A program made the position numbers and the translations under genes. 16,916 nucleotides of DNA from a virus, in UHGV virus genome UHGV-0071988; one strand, given 5' to 3'. Of this stretch, positions 1 through 6,816 are shown one piece after another. Position 1 is the stretch's first letter. Each line of letters opens with the position of its first letter. The notes under the pieces are model-generated. The model was not told the origin of the DNA and made no database searches. It saw only the letters and a list, made by a program, of their open reading frames with translations.

Positions 1-465
1 TGTATGAGTCGACGGGGTAGCAACCCCCCCCCCCCACGGACCATACTTGATAACCAGTTCCGCTATGTTCTTTCGAACATATGCCATTTTCGCGCGCATA
101 TTGCCTGAGATCTGGCTTGCTGATACCTGAACAAAACCATGCTTATCTTCCAGACCGGACACCCTGCAACGCTCATCTCCGCTATCAAAATCCGTTCCGT
201 TATGCAGTTGGTTAAACCGTACTTCGTCGTATACCGTCGTTTCACAGGGCAACACATACACCGCAGCATGCGTTATTCCCAACTTACGTAGCGCCTTCGT
301 CCTTTGGTGTCCCGCCACCAGCAAATCGCCGCGCACTATCAATGGCTTCACAAGCCCCAGCTCCCTGACGCTTTCCGCCAGCCTCGCAAGATCATCCTCA
401 CCGATAAAACGCGGGTTATATTCCGCGCCGCGTAGGTGCGTTATGTCGTAATTGAGGTGAAGCAT
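1..465 (-). CDS. ParB-like nuclease domain protein, second tandem copy (3' end beyond window start)
   Basis: Minus-strand ORF with ATG at 465-463, open through position 1 (about 155 codons; absent from ORF track because it has no in-window stop). Translation MLHLNYDITHLRGAEYNPRFIGEDDLARLAESVRELGLVKPLIVRGDLLVAGHQRTKALRKLG fits the ParB N-terminal pattern. Its ATG overlaps the upstream stop (TGATG, 467-463). Confidence 0.55.
   Translation of the reverse strand, partial: MLHLNYDITHLRGAEYNPRFIGEDDLARLAESVRELGLVKPLIVRGDLLVAGHQRTKALRKLGITHAAVYVLPCETTVYDEVRFNQLHNGTDFDSGDERCRVSGLEDKHGFVQVSASQISGNMRAKMAYVRKNIAELVIKYGPWGGGVATPSTHT
24..35. repeat. Homopolymeric C12 tract (G12 on coding strand) inside the truncated ParB-like ORF
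   Basis: Twelve consecutive C at 24-35; encodes W-G-G-G-V in the minus-strand frame. Confidence 0.9.
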
Positions 466-1088
466 CAGCACACCTCCCCAGCCAGCAATGCGGATACAAA
501 TCCGATATAGCTGCCATTATCATCAACATAACGAGATACCGCGCAGTCAAAACGATCCGCTTCCTCATCCGTTGCCGGGATTTTATGGCTTCCAAATGAC
601 AGGTACTGAACTTTTACGCCTGATTTGGCCTCATCCTTCTCAAATGGGATATCCATACCCTCTGTGTCATCGCAGACCGCCGCACTCAATAAGTTATCCA
701 GTTCGCGCTGAGTAAAACCAATTGAGTCCAGAGCAAAATCATCGGCCGCAAGATCTGCAAGCTCCGCGCTTAACAACTCTTCATCCCAACCAGCATTCAA
801 CGGAATACGGTTGTCGGCCAGACGATATGCCTTCTTCTGATTCTCCGTTAGCCCTTCCAGAACAATGCAGGGAACATCATCCATCCCCAACTGAGTGGCC
901 GCAGCAATTCGACCATGACCAGCAATTACAACGTTGTTCTCGTCTATCAGGATCGGATTAGTCCATCCGTACTCCTGTATGCTGGCAACAATCTGATCTA
1001 CCTGCTCCACGGAGTGTGTGCGAGCGTTCTTTTCATAACCAATCAACACAGAAAGTGGTAAAGAAACCACATTAAGATGTTTTGTCAT
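465..1088 (-). CDS. ParB-like nuclease domain protein (207 aa)
   Basis: Complete ORF; segment ILIDENNVVIAGHGRIAAATQLGMDDVPCIVLEGLTENQKKAYRLADNRI matches the ParB N-terminal domain pattern (GxGR box). Acidic C-terminal half. Weak SD upstream. Confidence 0.75.
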   Translation of the reverse strand: MTKHLNVVSLPLSVLIGYEKNARTHSVEQVDQIVASIQEYGWTNPILIDENNVVIAGHGRIAAATQLGMDDVPCIVLEGLTENQKKAYRLADNRIPLNAGWDEELLSAELADLAADDFALDSIGFTQRELDNLLSAAVCDDTEGMDIPFEKDEAKSGVKVQYLSFGSHKIPATDEEADRFDCAVSRYVDDNGSYIGFVSALLAGEVC

Positions 1089-1330
1089 GCCGTTTATCCG
1101 CTAAAATCCCCTCGCTTGTGCAAGCAAGTGGGCCTCGGTTTGTATCCACGGCACCCTGTGGGTATGAATGACTGTCGTCAGGTCGCAACTGACGGCGGTC
1201 GCCCACCTTCCAGTAATAAAAAAGCCACCAGCATTAACTCCACAGCGATCTGGAGTTAATGAGGCAGCTTTGGTTTGCGCATTATCGCAGCCCCTGGTAA
1301 GCACAAGAGCTGCTGTAATGCTAAAAAACA

Positions 1331-1356
1331 AAACCACCCGCAGGTGGTTTTATAAA
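1331..1356 (-). terminator. Intrinsic terminator (hairpin AAACCACC-cgca-GGTGGTTT flanked by A/T runs; strongest on minus strand)
   Basis: Perfect 8-bp inverted repeat at 1331-1350; the minus-strand transcript has a U-run after the stem (reverse complement of ctaaaaaaca). Sits just downstream of the 1380-1787 gene. Confidence 0.6.
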
Positions 1357-1379
1357 TAAATAGCAAACAGGTATCTGCA

Positions 1380-1787
1380 CTAATCAGATAAACCAAACTT
1401 CTTCTTTGCCAATGACTTGAGAAGTTCTACACCAACATCCTTCATAACAGCCAATGGCTCATTGCTAATTTCTTTTAGTCTAGCGAAAACATCTTTGCTC
1501 TCTAGTGCACAGGCAAAATCCTGTCCCTCTGTAGTCAATCTAATATCTACATCAACAGTCCTCATTCCTGCCCAAAAATTAACATAGCCAAGACGCAGAG
1601 GATCACGCGTTTCCATCTTCATATTGCTGATAAAACCTTGCTCAATCAATTGCATATAATGAAACATGCCCTTTTCTGAGGCTATATCAAACCCCGCGTC
1701 TCTTAGTTGATTTACTGTTATGAACGTGCTTTCTGAATCCAAAAACACAGTCAGCATCTTTTTTAGATAATCCAGATCGGTGCGCAT
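1380..1787 (-). CDS. Hypothetical protein (135 aa), AT-rich
   Basis: ORF with strong SD (TAAGGAGGgtaaaATG) placing the start at MRTDLDYLKK (internal ATG of the track ORF 1380-1823). No family recognised. Confidence 0.65.
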   Translation of the reverse strand: MRTDLDYLKKMLTVFLDSESTFITVNQLRDAGFDIASEKGMFHYMQLIEQGFISNMKMETRDPLRLGYVNFWAGMRTVDVDIRLTTEGQDFACALESKDVFARLKEISNEPLAVMKDVGVELLKSLAKKKFGLSD

Positions 1788-1873
1788 TTTACCCTCCTTA
1801 AATGGAACGCAAATGTTACACAACCTTTAAAAAAGACACATTGTTTTATTTATGCCTCATTTTAATCGACCAA

Positions 1874-2026
1874 TTACTGCCCAAATTTATCAATAAATAA
1901 TTGCTCCCGCTTACGCCGAAAAGCTCTCTGCGCCACTAAGATGCGCCACAGGACACCAGCAATAACCACCAGCGAGAAACAAAACCACATGGCCATAATC
2001 ACCAGAAAAATGCCAAGACCATTCAT
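1874..2026 (-). CDS. Small hydrophobic protein (50 aa, one predicted TM segment, basic C-terminus)
   Basis: ORF below the track's 60-aa cutoff: MNGLGIFLVIMAMWFCFSLVVIAGVLWRILVAQRAFRRKREQLFIDKFGQ. ATG overlaps the stop of the upstream 68-aa ORF (TCATGA). No clear SD. Confidence 0.3.
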   Translation of the reverse strand: MNGLGIFLVIMAMWFCFSLVVIAGVLWRILVAQRAFRRKREQLFIDKFGQ

Positions 2027-2229
2027 GAAACTATCCATTCTTCAATGAATATCTCCATTAACATCAAGAGATACGCCGCACCCAGCGCGGTTCCTGTCGA
2101 TATAGCTAAGACAAACCTCAAAGATAACGAGGTGTCTTTCGCTTTTACCCATACACAAAAGCCTGCTAGAAATACCAATAAATTTCTTATTGGAGGAAGG
2201 AACCAGAACAAATCACTCGGCATAAGCAT
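2023..2229 (-). CDS. Small membrane protein (68 aa)
   Basis: Hydrophobic ORF (LFWFLPPIRNLLVFLAGFCVWV ... ALGAAYLLMLMEIFI). Start taken at the second ATG (GGAAG 6 nt upstream). Overlaps the 3' end of the 99-aa gene by 17 nt. Confidence 0.35.
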   Translation of the reverse strand: MLMPSDLFWFLPPIRNLLVFLAGFCVWVKAKDTSLSLRFVLAISTGTALGAAYLLMLMEIFIEEWIVS

Positions 2230-2512
2230 GATCATCTTCCGCTGCTGATTTACACGCCGCAGTTACTGATATATTGATAACCGGTGCGCTAATCGTGATG
2301 GACGACTCTGTCGGTTGACTCGATATAACTGAACGATGGCTATCAATGAAGTCCACAATCTCATTCAGGCACTCTTTAGCTGCCTCATCGTGACTTTTTC
2401 CGTATGCTTCATGGAGGACTTTCATCCTCATCATTGCTCCATCACACATCATCGAAAGCGCGTAAAGCACATCACTAATCGCCATTTCTTTTTTGGTGCT
2501 TGTCGAAGGCAT
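2213..2512 (-). CDS. Hypothetical protein (99 aa)
   Basis: ORF with SD AAGGAG 8 nt upstream of ATG (MPSTSTKK...). Start lies about 25 nt downstream of a strong terminator, so there is no room for its own promoter. Confidence 0.55.
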   Translation of the reverse strand: MPSTSTKKEMAISDVLYALSMMCDGAMMRMKVLHEAYGKSHDEAAKECLNEIVDFIDSHRSVISSQPTESSITISAPVINISVTAACKSAAEDDHAYAE

Positions 2513-2536
2513 CCCATGTTCTCCTTTGTCTGGATG

Positions 2537-2563
2537 TAAAAAAGCCTCGGCAATTGCCGAGGC
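2537..2563 (-). terminator. Intrinsic terminator (20-nt palindrome GCCTCGGCAATTGCCGAGGC plus U-run on minus strand)
   Basis: Palindrome at 2544-2563 followed, in the minus-strand direction, by a 7-nt U-run (plus-strand A-run 2537-2543). Located between the 73-aa gene and the 99-aa gene. Confidence 0.65.
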
Positions 2564-2586
2564 TCGTTGTTCGTTATCGTTACGGT

Positions 2587-2808
2587 TTAATGCTCGCGTC
2601 GTCCGGCGACAACTTCGGATTTGTATTTCAGGTCGCCCAGCAAGAATTGCAGTTTAAGCATCTTTGCCGCCGTGTAGTTCCCTGATTCCACAACCTCTTT
2701 CATGAGGTCATAAACGGCCGCTACATCATCAGCCAGGAACTCTTTGCGTTGCTGCTCTGTCGCACGTTTGAAGGAAATACGCATTACTTTACGGTCTTGT
2801 TCTTTCAT
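2587..2808 (-). CDS. Small basic protein (73 aa), possibly ribbon-helix-helix DNA-binding
   Basis: ORF with SD GGAGA 8 nt upstream. N-terminus KVMRISFKRATEQQRKEF resembles a beta-strand followed by a helix (RHH-like); this is tentative. First gene behind duplicated promoter copy A. Confidence 0.6.
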   Translation of the reverse strand: MKEQDRKVMRISFKRATEQQRKEFLADDVAAVYDLMKEVVESGNYTAAKMLKLQFLLGDLKYKSEVVAGRREH

Positions 2809-2815
2809 CGGGTTA

Positions 2816-2925
2816 TCTCCGGTTTAACCAGGGCGGGTATCGCTCGGTTTCGGGTATAACCTTAGGAAATTTTTTCCCACTTGTAAAGCGCTTTTTATAT
2901 AAATCTATAATTATATAATTCTATA
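2816..2925 (-). promoter_or_regulatory. Duplicated promoter/leader element, copy A (TTTACA-N17-TAAGGT plus upstream AT-rich palindromic site and shared 5' UTR)
   Basis: Near-identical (3-4 differences by eye) to 9538-9647. Minus-strand -35 TTTACA = 2882-2887, -10 TAAGGT = 2859-2864, 17-bp spacer. Leader ends in SD GGAGA before the 73-aa gene. Confidence 0.55.
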
Positions 2926-3532
2926 CCGCTTGCCAGAGAGCATCATGCAACTGGATACCTCCATTGCACTGGTTGCCCCAGCCATGCCAGCCATCAGGTA
3001 AATCACCGCGAGCAAACAGCTCAATACGAGGAACATCACCTAACAGCCTTACCAGCTTGTCACGAACCACATCAGGCTTCCGAGAATGCTCCAGACGAGG
3101 CGATGTAAACGACTGAATGATCCCCGCATCAAGGCGGGTCGGCAATTTGCCTTTTACCGCAAACAAGCAATCTTCACTGTTTGCACGAGTCATATGCCCC
3201 ATCCCCATCACCAGCTTATCTGGTTGTCGGCTACCACATTTGTTCCATGTGAAGCCCTTCATGGTCATCAGCCTGAATCCCCATGCTTTCACCACCAGCA
3301 ACGCTTCTTCTGGCTGAGTCGGAACCCACCACATGGCCAACAAACACGATTCAGGATTAGCAAGCTGCCAGACAGGAATACGAGCAATATCCTCAGCTTT
3401 CATCGTTGGATACTTAAAACCAGCGCCACGATTCCCATCCTTACACTTGTCTTTGTATTCCCAGGGGGGATCTGCATAAATCAGATTAAACAATGCAATT
3501 GCCTCCATGTTAGTTGTGTCTCCGGCAGTCAT
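2921..3532 (-). CDS. DNA N6-adenine methyltransferase, MT-A70 family
   Basis: Motif NLIYADPPWEY (DPPW catalytic motif) followed by YPTMKAEDIARIPV and LLAMWW, typical of MT-A70-type phage adenine MTases. Start is uncertain: ATG at 3532 (MTAGD) or 3508 (MEAIA); the track's 3643 start adds an implausible hydrophobic extension. Confidence 0.8.
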   Translation of the reverse strand: MTAGDTTNMEAIALFNLIYADPPWEYKDKCKDGNRGAGFKYPTMKAEDIARIPVWQLANPESCLLAMWWVPTQPEEALLVVKAWGFRLMTMKGFTWNKCGSRQPDKLVMGMGHMTRANSEDCLFAVKGKLPTRLDAGIIQSFTSPRLEHSRKPDVVRDKLVRLLGDVPRIELFARGDLPDGWHGWGNQCNGGIQLHDALWQAV

Positions 3533-3803
3533 AACTCTGGCCAGCTCTACAGCAAACACAACGAAAAGGGCACTAACCAGACTGATTAATGCCCTTGCCT
3601 GTTGTGTGCCGGATATCGCCCGACAACGCTGTTTTGGTAACACGGCTACAGTTCCGTGCCGCTCCAGCTTTTACCCCTTTGCGGATAACAGGCCCTGCCT
3701 GTAACTTAGCCCCACGTTCGCCCGAAATGCGCACCAGGCACGCATAAAGATGAGCACGAAGGAAGTAACTCCACCGCGCTTATCTTTATGTGTGAGAGTG
3801 AAT

Positions 3804-3879
3804 TGGTGGCCCCTACCGGATTTGAACCGATGACCGTGCGATTATGAGTCGCCTGCTCTAACCACTGAGCTAAGGGGCC
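3804..3879 (-). tRNA. tRNA with anticodon CAU, tRNA-Ile2 (lysidine-type)-like; 76 nt including encoded CCA
   Basis: Minus-strand sequence GGCCCCTTAGCTCAGTGGTTAGAGCAGGCGACTCATAATCGCACGGTCATCGGTTCAAATCCGGTAGGGGCCACCA folds as a cloverleaf (7-bp acceptor stem, D-arm GCTC/GAGC, anticodon loop CTCATAA, T-loop TTCAAAT). Acceptor stem and D-arm match E. coli ileX as recalled from memory; Met isotype not excluded. Confidence 0.85.
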
Positions 3880-4018
3880 ATATTTGATCTGTTTGTCTGG
3901 TGTGGCGCCGCGCACGAAAACCCCAGCCAATAAATTCAGGATTTTTGGGCGCGGCGGCATATCAGACAAACATGGTTGATGCGTGCGCTCATGAGAAAAG
4001 CGCATAGAATGTTGTAAC

Positions 4019-4052
4019 TATACATTTATATAATTATAGAAATATATATTAC
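4019..4052. repeat. AT-rich palindromic site C (member of the dispersed TATAGA/TTATATAA family)
   Basis: TACATTTATATAATTATAGAAATATATATT; shares TACATTTATATAA with site D and TTATATAATTATAGA modules with sites A, B, E, G. Confidence 0.5.
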
Positions 4053-4258
4053 TTTTGGCAGTTGATTTCCCATGCCCTGTTATGAGCCAGAATATCTTTC
4101 TTTGTCTGGCGGTCCATAACATCGATGTCGTGATCAGTCAGGTAGATGGGCTTTACCCAATCACAGGCGGTATCAACCACCACCGGGACGCTTCCACGAC
4201 TCCCGCAGCTCGCGATCAACATCGTCATCAGCCATATGGTTAACACTCTGCTGTACAT
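4049..4258 (-). CDS. o-spanin (Rz1-like outer-membrane lipoprotein), overlapping the i-spanin gene
   Basis: 69-aa ORF in a different frame over the 3' end of the i-spanin gene. Lipoprotein signal MYSRVLTIWLMTMLIAS|C with lipobox IASC, short mature part with a C-terminal Cys. SD GAGG 6 nt upstream. Confidence 0.5.
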   Translation of the reverse strand: MYSRVLTIWLMTMLIASCGSRGSVPVVVDTACDWVKPIYLTDHDIDVMDRQTKKDILAHNRAWEINCQK

Positions 4259-4451
4259 TCCCCACCTCTTTTGTCACTTCTATACGCCGCTCCGCAGTGG
4301 CTTTTACGGCGGCTGCATTCTCATTAATGCGCTGCTTTTCAGCTTCATCTTCGGCCTTTTCTCGCCCTTTCATACGACCAAAACCAAACGCGCCGAATGC
4401 AACCAATATAATTGTGCCAATAAATGACAACACGGCCTTCAAACCAGTCAT
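4173..4451 (-). CDS. i-spanin (Rz-like), N-terminal TM helix plus charged periplasmic domain
   Basis: 92 aa; TM segment AVLSFIGTIILVAFGAFGFG then a K/E/R-rich helical region. ATG overlaps the endolysin stop (ATGA at 4451-4448). Confidence 0.55.
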   Translation of the reverse strand: MTGLKAVLSFIGTIILVAFGAFGFGRMKGREKAEDEAEKQRINENAAAVKATAERRIEVTKEVGNVQQSVNHMADDDVDRELRESWKRPGGG

Positions 4452-4990
4452 ACCACCACTCGCTCTTTCATCCAGCCGTAGACAAACGACTCATTAGCCT
4501 CGCGCTTCTCCGCCAACTCCAGATAGCGTTCGCCCTGCGTACAGTTCAGCGACGTCAGCATCACCCGTTCGCCGTCTTTTCCCCGATTCCCAAGATAAGC
4601 ACGCAGCGCATTAATGGTACGTGGACCGATTCGTCCGTCTGCATCCAAATCGGGATACAGCTTCCCGCGCAGGTTGAACACATTCAGCCAGCGTTGAAGC
4701 ATTTTTGACGCCACTGTTGGCCCCATGTTCACCCCCGTGTCACACAGCTCTGCGGCAATATCAGAGGATAATGCGGCCACCTGATCAAAGCGTGGTCCGT
4801 ACCAGTAATCAGCCTCAAGGATTTCCAGTGCCTGTTCGCGAGTTAAATCGCGCATATCGCCACGGTATCCATGAGCACGGGCAGTGTTCTGAGTAATGCC
4901 CCACTTTGTTGGGCCTCCCTTGTCGTCAGGGTGATCCACATAGCCGCCCTCTTTTCCAAGAACGCTGTTAAAAATCTCATCTTTGGTCAT
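4448..4990 (-). CDS. Endolysin, glycoside hydrolase family 108-like N-terminal domain with C-terminal peptidoglycan-binding domain
   Basis: N-terminus MTKDEIFNSVLGKEGGYVDHPDDKGGPTKWGIT is the characteristic GH108 signature (EGGYV..DP.D.GG.T.WGIT). Lies between holin-like and spanin genes. Confidence 0.85.
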   Translation of the reverse strand: MTKDEIFNSVLGKEGGYVDHPDDKGGPTKWGITQNTARAHGYRGDMRDLTREQALEILEADYWYGPRFDQVAALSSDIAAELCDTGVNMGPTVASKMLQRWLNVFNLRGKLYPDLDADGRIGPRTINALRAYLGNRGKDGERVMLTSLNCTQGERYLELAEKREANESFVYGWMKERVVV

Positions 4991-5273
4991 GATTAAACCC
5001 TAATGCGTCAACTATCCGCGCCAGATTGCCCCTGAAATACAGAACAACGATGCAGATAATCAGATTTCCAATAACCACCAGCCAGTGGGATTCTTGATAA
5101 AGACCGAACACATAACGGAAGGGAACATTGGCGTATACAATGACGTAGATATAAGCCAGAAAGGAAACAAATGGACGATGCCTGGAGTCTTTCCGTCGAT
5201 AAAGCATCAGCGCCATTACTATTACTGTGCAAAGCACCGCATTAATCAGTGCTGACGGGTCACTGCTTACCAT
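4977..5273 (-). CDS. Holin/antiholin-like membrane protein (98 aa, about 3 TM segments)
   Basis: Start taken at MVSSDPS (strong SD GGAGGGGG 5 nt upstream). Three hydrophobic segments. Sits between the first membrane protein and the endolysin. Confidence 0.55.
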   Translation of the reverse strand: MVSSDPSALINAVLCTVIVMALMLYRRKDSRHRPFVSFLAYIYVIVYANVPFRYVFGLYQESHWLVVIGNLIICIVVLYFRGNLARIVDALGFNHDQR

Positions 5274-5655
5274 TTGAACCCCCTCCACGTAAGCGGGAAA
5301 GCATTCCAAAGATGCTACCGAGATCCTGGCTGTTTACGAACGTGAGGATTTTAATGGTCAATGCAGCCACAATAACCGCACCAAGCGCATCCAGAGGACG
5401 ATCGTTGTAGCTGGTCCATTTGGCAAGAAATGAGCCAACTAACGGCGCTCCAATCACTCCAACAATGAACGATGTAAAGAAATAGCCAATCAGCTTGAGA
5501 CGGCTAATATTCACCGCTGTAGCAACATAGAAAACAGCGCCAGCAAATGCCCCGAATACAACGCCGTAATCAATACCAGTTGCAATACCAAAAACGCTGG
5601 CACCCATCAGGCCACCAGCAGCAACGGCCGTACCGGAAATTGGTTCTGCTGACAT
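5260..5655 (-). CDS. Putative holin (131 aa, multi-TM, Gly/Ala-rich)
   Basis: Start at MSAEPISG with SD GAGGA 7 nt upstream. 3-4 hydrophobic helices. First gene of the lysis cassette, immediately after terminator 5669-5698. Confidence 0.6.
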   Translation of the reverse strand: MSAEPISGTAVAAGGLMGASVFGIATGIDYGVVFGAFAGAVFYVATAVNISRLKLIGYFFTSFIVGVIGAPLVGSFLAKWTSYNDRPLDALGAVIVAALTIKILTFVNSQDLGSIFGMLSRLRGGGSNGKQ

Positions 5656-5668
5656 TGAAATCCTCGTT

Positions 5669-5698
5669 AAAAAAAAAGCCCCGCCGAAAAGGCAGGGC
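5669..5698 (-). terminator. Intrinsic terminator directly upstream of the lysis cassette (tR'-like)
   Basis: Minus-strand RNA: stem GCCCUGCC / GGCGGGGC (one G-U pair), loop UUUUC, then a 9-nt U-run (plus-strand A-run 5669-5677). Ends about 14 nt before the holin start codon. Confidence 0.7.
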
Positions 5699-5843
5699 TT
5701 CATAAAGCAACAAATTACGCGGTAATCGCTTAACGCAGTTTTACTACGTTAAATGAAACACTACACCCAGTTACCACCTAAAACAAGGTTTTCCCATAAA
5801 AAACCTTCATATTGTGGTTAATCGATCAATAAAAAAACAATAC

Positions 5844-6023
5844 TTAACTTTTGACCAACCGAACATCCCGACCAGGACTTCCATAATATTCGCCGATATG
5901 CCACTGCTTAAGTTGAGTAATCTTCTCCAACTTAACGCCCATAGAGTCCAGTTTCTGCCATGTTTTCGGTTGTATGTGCTTCATTACCCGCTCTGAATAT
6001 CTGAATACTGCTCGTAAGCGCAT
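5844..6023 (-). CDS. Possible small basic protein (59 aa)
   Basis: ORF below track cutoff: MRLRAVFRYSERVMKHIQPKTWQKLDSMGVKLEKITQLKQWHIGEYYGSPGRDVRLVKS. Weak SD. Could be non-coding late-leader sequence instead. Confidence 0.2.
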   Translation of the reverse strand: MRLRAVFRYSERVMKHIQPKTWQKLDSMGVKLEKITQLKQWHIGEYYGSPGRDVRLVKS

Positions 6024-6032
6024 GGCTTCTCA

Positions 6033-6218
6033 CTACAGCTTATATAAGTGGTTTTTCCAGCGGTTTTGCGCCGCGCTGCGCTTATCTTTGACTCCCTCTC
6101 TGGCAATTCCAGAAAATGAGAACAACACCACACGGCGATTGCTAACTCTCAACCACTGGCTGGGATAGCAAAGTCTGTATACACGGGAGATAAGCATCTT
6201 AGCTTTACGGTTTTTCAT
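6033..6218 (-). CDS. Possible small basic protein (61 aa)
   Basis: Internal ATG of track ORF 6033-6311 with SD GGAGAG 6-8 nt upstream: MKNRKAKMLISRVYRL... Overlaps the stop of the 6205-6816 gene by 14 nt. Confidence 0.25.
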   Translation of the reverse strand: MKNRKAKMLISRVYRLCYPSQWLRVSNRRVVLFSFSGIAREGVKDKRSAAQNRWKNHLYKL

Positions 6219-6816
6219 CGCTTTGCTCTCCTGCATCTCCTTTGGTGCGAATTCCAGCGGCGCGTGGCACATTAACTTCCACGATGCGCACAGTTGGTTT
6301 GTACATCTCAATCGCAGTCAGCCAGTCAGCGCCAGTCATGCGCTTTTCTGCATCGCCATTAGTCCACTTAACCGGTACACCAATAGCCTTCATCGCGATT
6401 TCTATTTCCCCGGCAATGGCGCTTTTTCCGCAACCAGTAAAACCAGATACAACGACCAGAACTTCACCTTTGGCTGGTTTTATTTCCCGCGCTTCCAGTT
6501 CTGCTATGCGCTTACTTCCATCCGAGATAACACCTTCGTAATACTCACGCTGCTCGTTGAGTTTTGATTTTGCTTCCTCAAGCTCAACTCTCAGCTTCCC
6601 TACCGTTAGCGCAATATCCTCGTTCTCCTGGTCGCGGGATTTGATGTATTGCTGGTTCCTTTCCCGTTCATCCAGAAGCGCCAGCACAATGTGTGGCGTT
6701 ATCAAGGACTCAAATTCGGCAACAGCTTGCTCGCCTCGCTTATAATTCTTAATCCCACCTAAATCTTTCGCGTTCTGTGCCGCCTCACGCAGTGCCTGGT
6801 AATTAATTTCGCTCAT
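6205..6816 (-). CDS. Coiled-coil protein (203 aa) with a C-terminal GxxGxGKS motif
   Basis: Start at MSEINYQALREAAQ (SD AGGGGG 6 nt upstream). Charged heptad-like central region; motif SGFTGCGKS resembles a Walker A P-loop but is followed by only about 65 residues. Confidence 0.6.
   Translation of the reverse strand: MSEINYQALREAAQNAKDLGGIKNYKRGEQAVAEFESLITPHIVLALLDERERNQQYIKSRDQENEDIALTVGKLRVELEEAKSKLNEQREYYEGVISDGSKRIAELEAREIKPAKGEVLVVVSGFTGCGKSAIAGEIEIAMKAIGVPVKWTNGDAEKRMTGADWLTAIEMYKPTVRIVEVNVPRAAGIRTKGDAGEQSDEKP

Noticed and set aside
63-269. 68-aa minus-strand ORF
   Set aside because: Alternative frame inside the longer ParB-like ORF that reads 465 to 1; the longer frame carries the recognisable domain pattern.
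488-961. Plus-strand ORFs 488-715 and 722-961
   Set aside because: Antisense shadows of the ParB-like gene on the minus strand; proline/histidine-rich low-complexity translations and no SD.
1101-1337. ORFs in the 250-bp region upstream of the ParB-like gene (1101-1337 minus, 1077-1259 and 1168-1359 plus)
   Set aside because: Mutually overlapping, no SD, and they overlap the terminator hairpin and a 9-bp inverted repeat (1231-1256); more likely promoter/leader sequence.
3086-3589. Plus-strand 167-aa ORF
   Set aside because: Lies antisense within the MT-A70 methyltransferase gene, which has a clear catalytic motif on the other strand.
3533-3643. 37-residue N-terminal extension of the methyltransferase (track start at 3643)
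   Set aside because: The extension is hydrophobic and unlike MT-A70 N-termini, and no SD precedes it; internal starts at 3532 or 3508 give a typical-length enzyme.
3706-4005. Minus-strand 99-aa ORF from the track
   Set aside because: It runs straight through the tRNA gene (3804-3879) and its upstream region, has no SD, and is best explained as a chance open frame.
6205-6816. Calling the coiled-coil protein a P-loop NTPase
   Set aside because: The GxxGxGKS motif sits too close to the C-terminus to be followed by a complete NTPase fold; kept as a motif observation only.
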